DNA of 64,000 bases, from assembly GCA_013343275.1 (NCBI GenBank), contig CP046106.1:832001-896000 (forward strand), written 5' to 3'. The DNA comes from Candidatus Nanohaloarchaea archaeon. GTDB lineage: Archaea > Nanohalarchaeota > Nanosalinia > Nanosalinales > Nanosalinaceae. The position numbers and the translations under genes were made by a program. This document shows, one piece after another, positions 29,401 to 39,934 of the stretch. Below the pieces are notes generated by a model. That model did no database searches. It saw nothing but the letters and a program-made list of their open reading frames with translations, and had not been told where the DNA came from. Each line of letters begins with the position of its first letter. Position 1 is the first letter of the stretch.

Positions 29401-29784
29401 CTATGGATCGCTGTTATCTTCTTCAAAATTCAGGGCCTTTGAATTGATACAGTATCTTTTGCCGGTAGGCTGCGGGCCGTCGTCGAATACATGGCCTAGG
29501 TGAGATCCACATTGTGAGCATAGTACTTCCACTCTGTTCATACCATGGCTCTGGTCTTCCTGAAGCTCAATGTTCTCCATCACAGCATCTTTGAAACTAG
29601 GCCACTTGTTGGAGCTAAACTTGTCCTCTGACTGGAAAAGTTTCTGTCCACAGGCCTTGCATCGGTAGATTCCTTCTTCGTCGTAATCGATATACTCTCC
29701 GGTTCCAGGAGCTTCTGTACCTGACTCTCTAAGTATACGGTATTCCTCCTCAGATAGTTTCTCTTTCAGTTCTTCCTCATCCAT
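29401..29784 (-). CDS. msrB: peptide methionine-R-sulfoxide reductase
   Basis: WPSF, HLGHVFDDGP, RYCINS, two CxxC. Confidence 0.96.
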   Translation of the reverse strand: MDEEELKEKLSEEEYRILRESGTEAPGTGEYIDYDEEGIYRCKACGQKLFQSEDKFSSNKWPSFKDAVMENIELQEDQSHGMNRVEVLCSQCGSHLGHVFDDGPQPTGKRYCINSKALNFEEDNSDP

Positions 29785-29823
29785 GAAACATGATTTATGG
29801 CTTGTCCGGCAAATATCTTTTCC

Positions 29824-30162
29824 ATGGAGATCGATACAGGGGAGAAAGTTATCGAGGCAGAAGTAGCCAACACAGTTTTGAAAAGGGCGAAAGGCCTCGC
29901 TCTCAAAGATTCAGGCAAGATGCTTTTCCAGTTTAACAGAGACACTAATGCCAGTATAGATATGATGCTCCTCTCGGAACCTCTATACCTGTACTTCATG
30001 AACTCAGATAAAGAAGTGATCGATGTCCAGAAAGCTGAGCCATGGACCACAAACCCGAAGACCTGGAAGCTCTACTCTCCGGACAGACTTTACAGATATC
30101 TCCTGGAAAGCTTCGAGAAGCTGGAGATCGAGGAAGGCCAGCAGCTGGAATTTGACTTATAA
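29824..30162 (+). CDS. DUF192-family protein
   Basis: AEVANT..RAKGL..MLFQF, YLLE. Confidence 0.75.
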   Translation: MEIDTGEKVIEAEVANTVLKRAKGLALKDSGKMLFQFNRDTNASIDMMLLSEPLYLYFMNSDKEVIDVQKAEPWTTNPKTWKLYSPDRLYRYLLESFEKLEIEEGQQLEFDL

Positions 30163-30185
30163 GATTTCCAGATGAAATAAAGGTT

Positions 30186-30866
30186 ATGGAACTTTCAAAA
30201 TTCTGCCCAAGATGCGGCGAAGAAACAGACGCCCTTTATGGCGAAGGAAAGAAGCTGTGCGCTGACTGCTACACAGACAAGAATGATCTGCTGGATATAC
30301 CTGATAAGGTAGAGATAGATGTCTGTACGGTCTGCGGACGAATGAAACATCACGGCGAATGGATCGAGGCCTACTCTGTGCAGGATCAGCTTGCAGAGAA
30401 GTTCTCGGATTTCGCTGAGGAGGATGTCGAGATGCAGCTGCAGTTCTGGGAGGAGGAAGACCAGATGTACGTCAGAGTACATGCCAGTAAAGGCCCGATG
30501 GAGGACTCCTACGATACGCAGGTAGTTTTCAAGAACCAGCAGTGCAGAGACTGCTCCAAGTTCCAGGGAGGTTTCTACAAGGCCAAGATCCAGCTTCGTG
30601 GAGATACCGACCTCGAACCTGTATCAAACGATATCGTCGATAAAGCTGCTGAACTGACGAACGAAACACGTAAGGATTTCCTGGCTAACGTAGAGGAGAA
30701 CGATCACGGTTTCGACTTCTTCCTTTCTACAGAGCCTATGAACAAGAAAATTCTCGGCATGCTGAGAGATGAGTACGATCCCGAGATCAAGAGAAGCTAC
30801 GAGCTCGTTGGCGAAGAGAACGGCGAGAAGGTTTACCGGAATGTCGTATCAGTAAGACTAGATTAG
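30186..30866 (+). CDS. NMD3-family protein
   Basis: four CxxC motifs, AKIQLRG, G..VYR C-terminus. Confidence 0.85.
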   Translation: MELSKFCPRCGEETDALYGEGKKLCADCYTDKNDLLDIPDKVEIDVCTVCGRMKHHGEWIEAYSVQDQLAEKFSDFAEEDVEMQLQFWEEEDQMYVRVHASKGPMEDSYDTQVVFKNQQCRDCSKFQGGFYKAKIQLRGDTDLEPVSNDIVDKAAELTNETRKDFLANVEENDHGFDFFLSTEPMNKKILGMLRDEYDPEIKRSYELVGEENGEKVYRNVVSVRLD

Positions 30867-30902
30867 AAAGACTATTAAAGCGAAATTGTACAGTTTGTTA
30901 AC

Positions 30903-31808
30903 ATGAGATCGAGACCTGTATTAGGTCTGTTAGTTCTAACAGTGATTGTTTCTGGCTGTGTAGGCCAGAGTCAAAATGTAGATAAACCGGCTTCGGACAG
31001 TGTTGATCTTTCGGAGTATAAGTCTAAGCTGACAGGTTCTTCTTTTCAGGTGACTTATGAGAATTCTCGAATGATAAGGAAGACGATAAGTGTTAGTCAA
31101 GGAAGGATAATGTTGATTAATTCTACGAGCATGACTTCTACTGTAAATAGTTATAATACTATCTATAGACCTCCCAAAGATAAGGATTCTGGAGCAGAAT
31201 ACCTTTGGTGCCTAGAGAAGGGCATGAATTGCCGTTATTACAGCGAAGGATTTGAGACGACGACACCGATATTCATAGAAGATATTACAGATATTGAAGT
31301 AAGCAAAATCGGTTCTAAAAGCGTCAATGGTAGAGGATGTACTCGTTACAGATTTACATCAGTGAAGCCTGGAATCTTCGGCAAAGGGTTGAAAAACAAA
31401 CTCGGGAGATACGGAAAAATTAACGCCACAGCATGTCTGGATGAACAGGAAGGATTTATTGTGTCGCTAACAGGAACGGCAGAGACGAAGTATGGTAAAA
31501 CAGAGTACAGTTACAAGGCCGTAGGGTTCCAGAACGAGGTAATTGAAGCTCAACCTCCAGCAGCTGCAGTCAACCTAAACTGTGAGCAAAAAACCGGAGA
31601 AGTAGCCGTCTTCACAGACCCCACAGAAGTCAAAATAAAGCTGAAAGCATCCAATGGGGGCACTGCCAGCACCACTACTGTAGAACTAAGTCAGAACTGG
31701 GAAAACAGGCAAATTTCAGGGCTGAACTTCCCTGAATCAAGTTTTATGGTGTTTCCCTACATCAGCGGTGAAAAAATCAAGGAAGGTGCCTCAGCATGCC
31801 TTTCATAG
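30903..31808 (+). CDS. putative lipoprotein
   Basis: lipobox IVSGC; Lys-rich and less acidic than the core proteins. Confidence 0.7.
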   Translation: MRSRPVLGLLVLTVIVSGCVGQSQNVDKPASDSVDLSEYKSKLTGSSFQVTYENSRMIRKTISVSQGRIMLINSTSMTSTVNSYNTIYRPPKDKDSGAEYLWCLEKGMNCRYYSEGFETTTPIFIEDITDIEVSKIGSKSVNGRGCTRYRFTSVKPGIFGKGLKNKLGRYGKINATACLDEQEGFIVSLTGTAETKYGKTEYSYKAVGFQNEVIEAQPPAAAVNLNCEQKTGEVAVFTDPTEVKIKLKASNGGTASTTTVELSQNWENRQISGLNFPESSFMVFPYISGEKIKEGASACLS

Positions 31809-31948
31809 ACGAAAGGTCTTCAAAACCAGAGATATGAATAGCAGAACTGTCAAGAGAGTATTACTGTCCCATAACTGTACATCGATAAAAATATTCAGAA
31901 AAACTGCAGTTACATAATCTTTAATTATGAGTGGACCATAGTAAACCT

Positions 31949-32119
31949 ATGTACTCTCATAAAGAAAGACTGTTAATGGCCAGTCTGGGAGCAGTCCTAA
32001 TTCTAAGTTATTATGCCTCTAAAGCAGTTCTCGGCGAGAGCCTAATTTTGAAGATATTCTTCGGAACGCTGCTACTAATAACATCAGCAATATCAAGCAA
32101 GAAGCAGCTAGGCCTATAA
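31949..32119 (+). CDS. small 2-TM protein
   Basis: two hydrophobic segments in an AT-rich stretch. Confidence 0.35.
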   Translation: MYSHKERLLMASLGAVLILSYYASKAVLGESLILKIFFGTLLLITSAISSKKQLGL

Positions 32120-32379
32120 ACCATTTTAAGTACGGGAAAGAGAGTAAAAACTTCTGAATGCTGTATTTTCCTATATAGATTATAGTATCTCTCCCTTTAT
32201 TCTCAGAACCTGATTCTGCATAAATCCGGGACAAGTCAGAGCTAGCACAGTTATGAATACCTCTAGGGCGTTATTACCTGACTACATATACCGCTGTCTC
32301 GGCTATGCTGAGAACTCGTCCAGAATTTCATTCAGGAAGCCAAATCAGAGTTAAAAATGTTCCCGCAGAAAGTTTTTCT

Positions 32380-32694
32380 ATGAGCAATCAAGACGAAGAG
32401 GAGCAAGTAAAAAGAGTACGCAGGCCGGAAGGCGATGAAGTGCTCGGAATTGTACTAAGAAAAGAAGGAGGCGGAAAATACCGCGTATACTGTACAGATG
32501 GCGAAGAAAGAATCTGCCGAATCCCTGGATCGAAGAAGAGAGGCCTATGGGTGAAAAGAGACTCTGTAGTACTAGTTGATCCATGGGATATCCAGGGCGA
32601 CGAAAAAGGAGACATCGTAAACAGCTACTCCAACGCAGAGACACGATGGCTTGAAGACCACGACTTCCTAGACGAGATAGAGGAATTTCTCTAA
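32380..32694 (+). CDS. eif1a: translation initiation factor aIF-1A
   Basis: CTDGEERICRIPG, WVKRDSVVLVDPW. Confidence 0.92.
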   Translation: MSNQDEEEQVKRVRRPEGDEVLGIVLRKEGGGKYRVYCTDGEERICRIPGSKKRGLWVKRDSVVLVDPWDIQGDEKGDIVNSYSNAETRWLEDHDFLDEIEEFL

Positions 32695-32719
32695 CCATTT
32701 TCCCACCAACTAATTTCTT

Positions 32720-33493
32720 ATGAAAGACGAAAATATAGACTTCCGCGAACGCTGGAAAGAAAGAAGCCGCCAGATGTTTGACAGCTCAGAAGGAAAAAAG
32801 GCCTTCGAAAACGTATTCGACAACGAAACCAAGAAAGCTTTGCTTAAACTGGGCGATAGAAAAGTTCTCGACCGACTGTACGGCACGATAGAATCCGGAA
32901 AGGAATCAGCAGTTTTCCTGGCAGATACATCCGAAGGAGAAAGAGTAATAGTCAAGATATACATGACACAGGCCGGTTCCTTCCGGGAAATGGAGAAATA
33001 TCTCCGGGGAGATCAGAGGTTCAGGAACTTCAAATCCGACAGGAGATCAGTAATCAATGAATGGTGTAAGAAAGAGTTCAAGAACCTGAAAAAAGCCGCT
33101 AACGTAGTTAGATGTCCGGAGCCGAAGGCCTTCCAGAAAAACATACTTGTAATGGAGTTTATAGGCGAAGAGTTCTCCCCCTACCCTAAACTGAAGGATG
33201 TGGAAATTGAGAACCCTGAAGAGGCCTTTCAGAAGATAAAAAGAAACATTAAGGAGCTCTGGCAGGAAGAAAAAATGGTTCACGGCGACCTGTCCGAGTA
33301 CAATATCCTGATGACTGAAGAGCAGGAGGTATGGATTGATTTCTCACAGGGAGTCCACAAATCCCATCCAGAGGCCGTAGAACTGCTTAAAAGAGATGTC
33401 AAGAATATGGCCTCTTTCTTCAACAGGCAGGGTGCCGACATCGATGAACAGGAAGCGGTACAACAGGTTTTAGACGCTCTAGAGGACCTGTAA
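32720..33493 (+). CDS. rio1: RIO1 Ser/Thr kinase
   Basis: SGKES, KEFKNL, VHGDLSEYNIL, IDFSQ. Confidence 0.93.
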   Translation: MKDENIDFRERWKERSRQMFDSSEGKKAFENVFDNETKKALLKLGDRKVLDRLYGTIESGKESAVFLADTSEGERVIVKIYMTQAGSFREMEKYLRGDQRFRNFKSDRRSVINEWCKKEFKNLKKAANVVRCPEPKAFQKNILVMEFIGEEFSPYPKLKDVEIENPEEAFQKIKRNIKELWQEEKMVHGDLSEYNILMTEEQEVWIDFSQGVHKSHPEAVELLKRDVKNMASFFNRQGADIDEQEAVQQVLDALEDL

Positions 33494-33546
33494 AACAGTT
33501 TTAAGGTATAAAAAGCTTGTCAGGCCCATAATATATAGAAAGTATA

Positions 33547-34050
33547 ATGAAGGAAGTGATGGTGCCTGAGGATAGAATTGGGGCTGTAATAGGTTCTGAC
33601 GGTGAGACCAAGGAAGAGCTTGAAGATCTCACTGACTGCGACGTTACTATAGAGGACAACCAGGTAGCGATCGACGGAGAACCTCTGGAAGAAATGGATG
33701 CCCAGAAAATAGTGAAGGCAATTGGCAGAGGTTTCAACCCTGAAAAGGCCTTCAAGCTTGTCGAAAGAGATGTAACACTACATTTAATGGATATCGGCCG
33801 CTATGCAAATACGAAGAACGCTGAAGAACGATTGAAAGGCCGTGTAATCGGTAGAGAGGGTGAGGCCCGTAAACACATCGAGAAGATGGCACAGGTAGAT
33901 ATCTCTGTTTATGGAACTACTATCGGAATAATTGGGAAGGCCCAGAATATTGAGGTCGCAATGGAAGCTATCAACATGCTCTTGAACGGTAGCTCTCACT
34001 CAACAGCATATAATTACCTGGAGAAAAATCAGGATAAGATAAAAAGGTAG
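33547..34050 (+). CDS. KH-domain ribosome biogenesis protein (Dim2/Pno1)
   Basis: IGAVIG, AIGRGF, GRVIGREG, GSSHSTAY. Confidence 0.9.
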   Translation: MKEVMVPEDRIGAVIGSDGETKEELEDLTDCDVTIEDNQVAIDGEPLEEMDAQKIVKAIGRGFNPEKAFKLVERDVTLHLMDIGRYANTKNAEERLKGRVIGREGEARKHIEKMAQVDISVYGTTIGIIGKAQNIEVAMEAINMLLNGSSHSTAYNYLEKNQDKIKR

Positions 34051-34069
34051 ATTTGAAAAACGTGATATT

Positions 34070-35662
34070 ATGGCAAACGGAGTAGAAGAAGGCATGGAAG
34101 CAGAAGGCGGAGACCATAGAGAGATTTCCGTCGCTGAATTCTTTGAGAAAAACAAACACCTTCTAGGTTTCGAAAACGCGCAGAAATCCATTATAACGGT
34201 AGTTAAAGAAGCTGTGGACAACTCGCTGGACGCATGTGAGGAAGATGAGATTCTTCCGGAAGTACACGTCCTTATAGATGAATATGCTGACGACAAATGC
34301 AGGATAGAGATCAGAGACAACGCTATAGGACTGGATAGAGAGACAATTCCAAAAGTTTTCGGTAAGCTTCTCTACGGTTCCAAGTTCCACAAGCTCCAGC
34401 AGAGCCGTGGACAGCAGGGAATAGGAATTTCTGCGTCCGCAATGTACGCACAGTTGACAACAGGAGAGCCTGTTACAGTCTACTCCAAGCAGGAAGGCGA
34501 GCCATGCCACAGATTCGTTGTAAGAATTGATACAGAGGAGAACGAGCCAGAAATTATAGAAGACGAAGTAGTAGATCCAGAGAGTGATGAATTCCCTGGC
34601 GACAAAGACTACTACTTCGATCACGGAACCAGCATCGAAATGAACGTAGAGGCCAAGTACACAAGAGGCCACCACTCAGTATACAACTACCTCAAGCACA
34701 CGGCAATCATGAACCCGTACGCAAGGATTGTTCTACGGGAGCCTGATGGAAACAAGGTAGAGTTCCCGAGAGTTTCGAAGGATCTACCTGAGAAGCCGAA
34801 GGAAATCAAGCCCCACCTGCACGGTGTAGAACTGGGCGTAGTTCTCAGAATGATTGACAACAGCGATGCAAGAACAGTAAGCAGCTTCCTGCAGAACGAG
34901 TTCACAAGAGTAGGAAGAACCTCCGCACAGGAAGTATGCGACGAAGCAGGAATCGACGACGGCAGAAGACCAAATACATTAGACAAAGACGAAGTAGAGG
35001 ATCTGCTAGACGCAGCAGAGAGGGTAAACCTTCAGAGCCCGCCGACAGACTGCCTATCGCCTATCGGAGAGGAACTGATGGAGAAAGGCCTGACAAAAGA
35101 ACTCAACCCGGAGTTTACAGAAACAATTACTCGAAAACCAACAGTATACAAAGGAAATCCTTTCCAGGTAGAAGTAGGCCTTGCATGGGGAGGAGACATC
35201 GAAGACGAAGGAAGCTTCGAAGAACTAAGATACGCAAACAAAGTACCGCTACTATACAAAAAGAGTGCATGCGTAACGACAAAGGCTATTGAGAACGTTT
35301 CCTGGAACCGTTACAATATCAGCCAGACAGGAAACAGGCCTCAAGGCCCACTGTACATCTCCATCCACATAGCCTCCGTATGGGTACCTTTCACATCTGA
35401 AGGAAAGGAAGCCGTAGCCAACTATGACCCTATCCGGAAAGAGATGAAGCTGGCCCTGCAGGAAGCAGGAAGAAAGCTTGGAAAGTACCTCAAAAGGAAG
35501 GAAAGGAAGGAGATTCAGGAAAAGAAGAAGAGGCAGCTTACAAGCTACGCTCAGGAAATGGGGCCTGCAATCGCCCAGCTTGCCGGTGAAGGAGATCCAG
35601 AAGAAATCGAAGAAGAAATACAGGCCATGGTGCAAAGGGATTACAACCCTGAGCAGCTTTAG
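34070..35662 (+). CDS. top6B: DNA topoisomerase VI subunit B
   Basis: KEAVDNSLDA, SRGQQGIGIS, RYANKVPL. Confidence 0.97.
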   Translation: MANGVEEGMEAEGGDHREISVAEFFEKNKHLLGFENAQKSIITVVKEAVDNSLDACEEDEILPEVHVLIDEYADDKCRIEIRDNAIGLDRETIPKVFGKLLYGSKFHKLQQSRGQQGIGISASAMYAQLTTGEPVTVYSKQEGEPCHRFVVRIDTEENEPEIIEDEVVDPESDEFPGDKDYYFDHGTSIEMNVEAKYTRGHHSVYNYLKHTAIMNPYARIVLREPDGNKVEFPRVSKDLPEKPKEIKPHLHGVELGVVLRMIDNSDARTVSSFLQNEFTRVGRTSAQEVCDEAGIDDGRRPNTLDKDEVEDLLDAAERVNLQSPPTDCLSPIGEELMEKGLTKELNPEFTETITRKPTVYKGNPFQVEVGLAWGGDIEDEGSFEELRYANKVPLLYKKSACVTTKAIENVSWNRYNISQTGNRPQGPLYISIHIASVWVPFTSEGKEAVANYDPIRKEMKLALQEAGRKLGKYLKRKERKEIQEKKKRQLTSYAQEMGPAIAQLAGEGDPEEIEEEIQAMVQRDYNPEQL

Positions 35663-35722
35663 GTGATCAAGAATGAAAATCAAAGATTTTCCAGTTTACT
35701 TACACACAGAAGGTGAGAAGTA

Positions 35723-36853
35723 ATGCCAAAGAAAGATCTAGCAAATGATGAACGCACCCTAGATAAGTTGACACGTCTAGGGCAGAAACTTAGAAACCAG
35801 CTTAAAGACCCTGAGAACGATAACTTGACGATTGATACAAAGGTAAGATCCCGTTCCAACGTTGAATACGACGAAGAAGAAGGAAGGCTTTCGCTTGGAG
35901 ACAGTTACTCCACAAGAAAGTTCCTGAACATCAGCCACGCCAGAAAGTTCATGCAGACAACTCTCGTAGCGAACAAGGCAAAGGAACTGGTCGAGCAGGG
36001 AAGAACAGCATCGATCAGAGAGGTCTACTACCAGCTGAAGCACAGCGTACCCGGCCTTGACGAAAACACGTTCGAAGACCAGGACGAATCCAACAACGTA
36101 GTAGTCGATATCGAGACAGCAACAGGCGCAATCAGAGAGGATCTACACCTGTTCGCAGAACCAAAAGGACGTCTCTTCGGACCGATCAAGATCAACGACT
36201 CCGGAGACATAATCGACGGTATGAGCATGGGATCAGCAGGAATGGCAATCCCATCGATCGTCGACCACCTCGAGTTCGAAGAACACTCCGCAGACTTCAT
36301 CCTCGTAGTCGAGACATCTGCGATGGTTAACAGACTGGTCGAAGAAGACTTCCACGACGAACACAACGCAATCCTGATCGGAACAGGAGGACAGCCAGCA
36401 CGTGGAGCAAGAAGACTCATCAACATGATGCACAACGAACTGGATCTACCCGTCTACGTATTCACAGACGGCGACCCATGGGGATACTACATCTACTCAG
36501 TCCTCAAATCCGGCTCCATGAGCCTCGCCTTCCAGTCCGACAGACTAGCAACACCGGACGCCAAGCTTATCGGTATGACAATGGAAGATATCGAGGAATA
36601 CGGCCTCGAACACGTAACAGAAGACCTGAAAGGAAAGCCGAAAGACAGTGGAGGCCCAACCAAGGACTTCAAGAGAATCCACGACGTCATGGACTACGAA
36701 TGGATGCAGACCGACGACTGGCAGAAACAGTTCCAGAAAATGCTCGACAAAGGCGTCAGAGTAGAACAACAGGCCCTAGCATCACAGAGCCTGGAGTTCG
36801 TGGCCAACGAGTATCTGCCGAAGAAGATCGAGAACAAAGAGTTCCTGGATTAG
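35723..36853 (+). CDS. top6A: DNA topoisomerase VI subunit A
   Basis: REVYY, FTDGDPWG, EQQAL. Confidence 0.97.
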   Translation: MPKKDLANDERTLDKLTRLGQKLRNQLKDPENDNLTIDTKVRSRSNVEYDEEEGRLSLGDSYSTRKFLNISHARKFMQTTLVANKAKELVEQGRTASIREVYYQLKHSVPGLDENTFEDQDESNNVVVDIETATGAIREDLHLFAEPKGRLFGPIKINDSGDIIDGMSMGSAGMAIPSIVDHLEFEEHSADFILVVETSAMVNRLVEEDFHDEHNAILIGTGGQPARGARRLINMMHNELDLPVYVFTDGDPWGYYIYSVLKSGSMSLAFQSDRLATPDAKLIGMTMEDIEEYGLEHVTEDLKGKPKDSGGPTKDFKRIHDVMDYEWMQTDDWQKQFQKMLDKGVRVEQQALASQSLEFVANEYLPKKIENKEFLD

Positions 36854-36916
36854 ACCTGGTATAGGTAAAAATTGTAAAGGCCTTTTATAGGGCCTTTAGC
36901 TTTTACTTCTCTTTTT

Positions 36917-37456
36917 CTACTTGATTTTAACGCGGTGACGCTTGTATGCGTCGTTAAGTCCATCTGCAGCTTCCTGTAGTGTCGCATCACGGCTGCCCTG
37001 AAGTCTGGAGTTGATCATTGCAAAACTTCCTCCTACAGCAAGGCCTGGGAGAGCAATCTCAGCATCTCCTGTTGCTGCACCTACAGCGGCACCGGCAAGG
37101 CCTCCAGCAGTACCTATATCAGATACCTTGGCCTTGAGATCCTGCTTATTGTACTTATCTGTAGCTCTTTCATGATTCATACCATCTACATCGTCTTCAG
37201 CCTGTTCAAATGCATCGTCGTAACGACCTTCTAGAGCCGCCGCAACTGTATACTCCAGAGCATCCCGACCTTTCTCCAGAATGCTTCCCTCCATAATTTC
37301 ATCCGCATCATCTCTATCTACCTCAATATCGATACCATTCACCTGGCCATGCTCAAGCAGATCAGTCATGGCCTCGTAGTCGTTATTTCTGTACATATCA
37401 CGGACACGAACAGTTTGACCATTGTCCACATCCTCAAGATAATCTTCAAGTCTCAT
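36917..37456 (-). CDS. hypothetical protein with glycine-zipper hairpin
   Basis: GTAGGLAGAAVGAATG..GLAVGG. Confidence 0.65.
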   Translation of the reverse strand: MRLEDYLEDVDNGQTVRVRDMYRNNDYEAMTDLLEHGQVNGIDIEVDRDDADEIMEGSILEKGRDALEYTVAAALEGRYDDAFEQAEDDVDGMNHERATDKYNKQDLKAKVSDIGTAGGLAGAAVGAATGDAEIALPGLAVGGSFAMINSRLQGSRDATLQEAADGLNDAYKRHRVKIK

Positions 37457-37604
37457 GTTGTTACTGTATAGTTGTAAACTTTTAACTGTTGTGGTCTTTT
37501 ATGGCGTTGGTGGCTGGTAGAGACAGAGAGTTTAGGATCGAAAGAATAGATACCTACCGTTTAAAAGATTCTCGTTCTATCACTACAGTACAGACCTGTA
37601 CAAG

Positions 37605-37692
37605 GCCCAGGTAGCTCAGCAGGTAGAGCGCCACGCTGTTAAACTTTAATACAGATACGTGGTGGTCGCAGGTTCGAGCCCTGCCCTGGGCG
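37605..37692 (+). tRNA. tRNA-Asn(GTT) with 15-nt intron (37642..37656)
   Basis: CCACG-CTGTTA[intron]A-CGTGG; BHB central helix CTGT/ACAG. Confidence 0.9.
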
Positions 37693-37754
37693 CTGATCTT
37701 TCTACCTCTTTACTGGCATCTTGTGTTATAAATGAGCGATGATAATTACTTGTT

Positions 37755-38108
37755 ATGACTGTTTCTAGTATTTCTGCAGGCCTTATTGTTCGATCTAAAA
37801 AACTGCTTGTTTTCTATAATGAGGAAGAAGATGCATGGGATGTTCCTACCGTGAAGCCGGAGAAGGGAGAGCTTTCTGCGGACGCTGCTAAGAGAGTATC
37901 CGAAAGCTTCTCTGGGGTTAATTGCAGTATCAAGAAGTACCGTAAAAAGCTGAAGACGCAGGTTTCTGGTGAAAACTGGAATCCTTACGTCCTTGAAGTA
38001 GATGGAGAACCTGAGAGAGGAGAATGGGTTACAAAAAATGAGCTTAAGGACAGAGATCTAGTACCTCACATTGAAGAGATGAAGGAGAAATTCGCAAAAA
38101 AGATATAG
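37755..38108 (+). CDS. degenerate NUDIX-fold protein
   Basis: WDVP..GELSADAAKR resembles an incomplete Nudix box. Confidence 0.55.
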   Translation: MTVSSISAGLIVRSKKLLVFYNEEEDAWDVPTVKPEKGELSADAAKRVSESFSGVNCSIKKYRKKLKTQVSGENWNPYVLEVDGEPERGEWVTKNELKDRDLVPHIEEMKEKFAKKI

Positions 38109-38137
38109 TGTTACTTGCCTTTTGAACTTCTCCTTCT

Positions 38138-39160
38138 TTATTCAGGTTCGTACTTCTTGAAGGCCTCAGCGACCAATAAAGGAAATACCAGTGTTGCTTC
38201 TGCTTCTACCTGTGCATAGTTTTTCTTTTCGTCATCTTTGATCTTTCCCCATGAGACTGCTTCCTTTGGAGGCGCTCCTGAAAGCGAGCCATCACCTTCC
38301 ATTCCGGTTGAGATGTATACTGCCCGGTCGGTTCCGCCTCTGAAGAGGTTGGACATGATGGCCTGGTGTTTTGGCACGCCATCCCCTACTGCAATGATGC
38401 CTGTCTTCTCGGCCTCGATAGCTTCATTGATCAGTGAGTCCCAGTCATCCAGTATTTCGATACCTATATCTTCGTCCTGCTCCTGTCTGTAGTAGAACAT
38501 GAAGTCTCCGATCTCTGCATCGATCATTGCAGGGCAGTAAACAGGAATATTGTTAGCTGCAGAATGGTATATGAAGGAATCCGACTCATCGAGATCGTTA
38601 TCTTCTCCAACAGCTTCTCCAAGGGCCTCTGCCAGTTCTGAAGGAGTCCTGATTTTCTTGTCGGAGAAGAAGTCCTGGAAGAATCCGTCGTTCAGCCATG
38701 ACTCGAGCCAGACATAGTTATCCGACTCTACATAGATATTGCCCAGGCGGTTGATGCCTTCTTCTCGAAGCTTTGCTTCGTCTGCGTCCCACTCTCCCAT
38801 CTTGAACTCTCTGGCTGACTTGATAACGTCCTCTGTATGGGAACCTGCCGAAGTAATCATCACATCAACGTGATCTTCTCTGGCAAGGTAAGCAACAACC
38901 TCTCTGAGGCCTGAAGAAATAATATTCGACGTGAAGGTCAGGAAGATCTTCGCATCTTCATCCCTCATCTCCTTTACCAGGTCTATAGCTTCATTCAGGT
39001 GTGAGGCCTGAAAACCTGTAGTAGCGTATTTCTCGATCATTTCCTCGAGATCAAAGTCGCCTCTGAAATCGTATCCTTCAACTTTCTCGCCTTTGTGGCC
39101 TTCCGTGGTTCCAGGAATTACATGTTCCCGGGTATCGGAACTGTCTTTTTCATCTGTCAT
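38138..39160 (-). CDS. dhs: deoxyhypusine synthase
   Basis: TGFQAS, TSNIISSGLR, NRLGNI, GVPKH, GSLSGAPPKEAVSWGK. Confidence 0.95.
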   Translation of the reverse strand: MTDEKDSSDTREHVIPGTTEGHKGEKVEGYDFRGDFDLEEMIEKYATTGFQASHLNEAIDLVKEMRDEDAKIFLTFTSNIISSGLREVVAYLAREDHVDVMITSAGSHTEDVIKSAREFKMGEWDADEAKLREEGINRLGNIYVESDNYVWLESWLNDGFFQDFFSDKKIRTPSELAEALGEAVGEDNDLDESDSFIYHSAANNIPVYCPAMIDAEIGDFMFYYRQEQDEDIGIEILDDWDSLINEAIEAEKTGIIAVGDGVPKHQAIMSNLFRGGTDRAVYISTGMEGDGSLSGAPPKEAVSWGKIKDDEKKNYAQVEAEATLVFPLLVAEAFKKYEPE

Positions 39161-39185
39161 ATACAGAACTTGTGAGCATAAAATT

Positions 39186-39500
39186 TTATGACTGATCTGC
39201 TGTGTCGTAGAAAGGAGACTCCTTCCAGAGTTCGTCAAATGCGTTGATCGCCGAGTTAGCTGCCAGATCTCCTCCAGAGGCCTCTACATGTATATCCGTC
39301 ATTCCGTTGCTGTCGGATAGATTATACCGTAAATCAGCCTCATCTTTCAAGGTCTCTACATGGAAGTCGTAGTTATCCAGTGGAGAATCGTAAGCCTCTG
39401 CAACGTATTTTTTCAGGCCTTTCGAAAAATCTCCTTCAAACCAGGCCTCCAGTTCCTCAATACTATCTTCTGTCAAGAGATTCCTGACCTCAGATCTCAT
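39186..39500 (-). CDS. hypothetical protein
   Basis: acidic ORF with AGGAG SD. Confidence 0.6.
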   Translation of the reverse strand: MRSEVRNLLTEDSIEELEAWFEGDFSKGLKKYVAEAYDSPLDNYDFHVETLKDEADLRYNLSDSNGMTDIHVEASGGDLAANSAINAFDELWKESPFYDTADQS

Positions 39501-39544
39501 ATCTCCTTATTGCATGCAAAAAGTTATCAAGAAATCAGTTAATT

Positions 39545-39618
39545 TGGCCAAGCCCGGATTTGAACCGGGGACAACTTGATCTTCAGTCAAGCGCTCTCCC
39601 AGGCTGAGCTACTTGGCC
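39545..39618 (-). tRNA. tRNA-Phe(GAA)
   Basis: cloverleaf; CTTGA-CTGAAGA-TCAAG. Confidence 0.95.
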
Positions 39619-39672
39619 TATATCCGTCTACAAAAGTGATTGTTGGATAGATTTAAGAAGCAATTCCTGTAT

Positions 39673-39882
39673 TTACCATGGGTCGTGTTCGAAGCCTTTG
39701 TCTTCGGCTCTCTCAATCATTTCTTCTTCATCGGCCTCGCTGCAAGGTGCCATCTGCCAGTCCTCGAAGTCGTCGTTAATCTTCTTCATGGCCTCTGCTT
39801 CTTCCTTGCTCATGATTGAGACATTGGCTGTATCGTCGTCGTACAGTTCGATTATCCAGTAGTTGTTCTCTTCTTCTGTCAT
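39673..39882 (-). CDS. small acidic hypothetical protein
   Basis: 69-aa ORF with typical composition. Confidence 0.6.
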   Translation of the reverse strand: MTEEENNYWIIELYDDDTANVSIMSKEEAEAMKKINDDFEDWQMAPCSEADEEEMIERAEDKGFEHDPW

Positions 39883-39934
39883 GTATTTTGCCTTCCGGAT
39901 CTTATAGCTAAACTTGTCGCCTGAGCTTTAAATG

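Noticed and set aside
32380-36853. aIF1A-RIO1-KH-top6B-top6A cluster as a novelty
   Set aside because: Well-known conserved archaeal gene order
37642-37656. tRNA-Asn intron as unusual
   Set aside because: Canonical 37/38 position with BHB motif; ordinary for archaea
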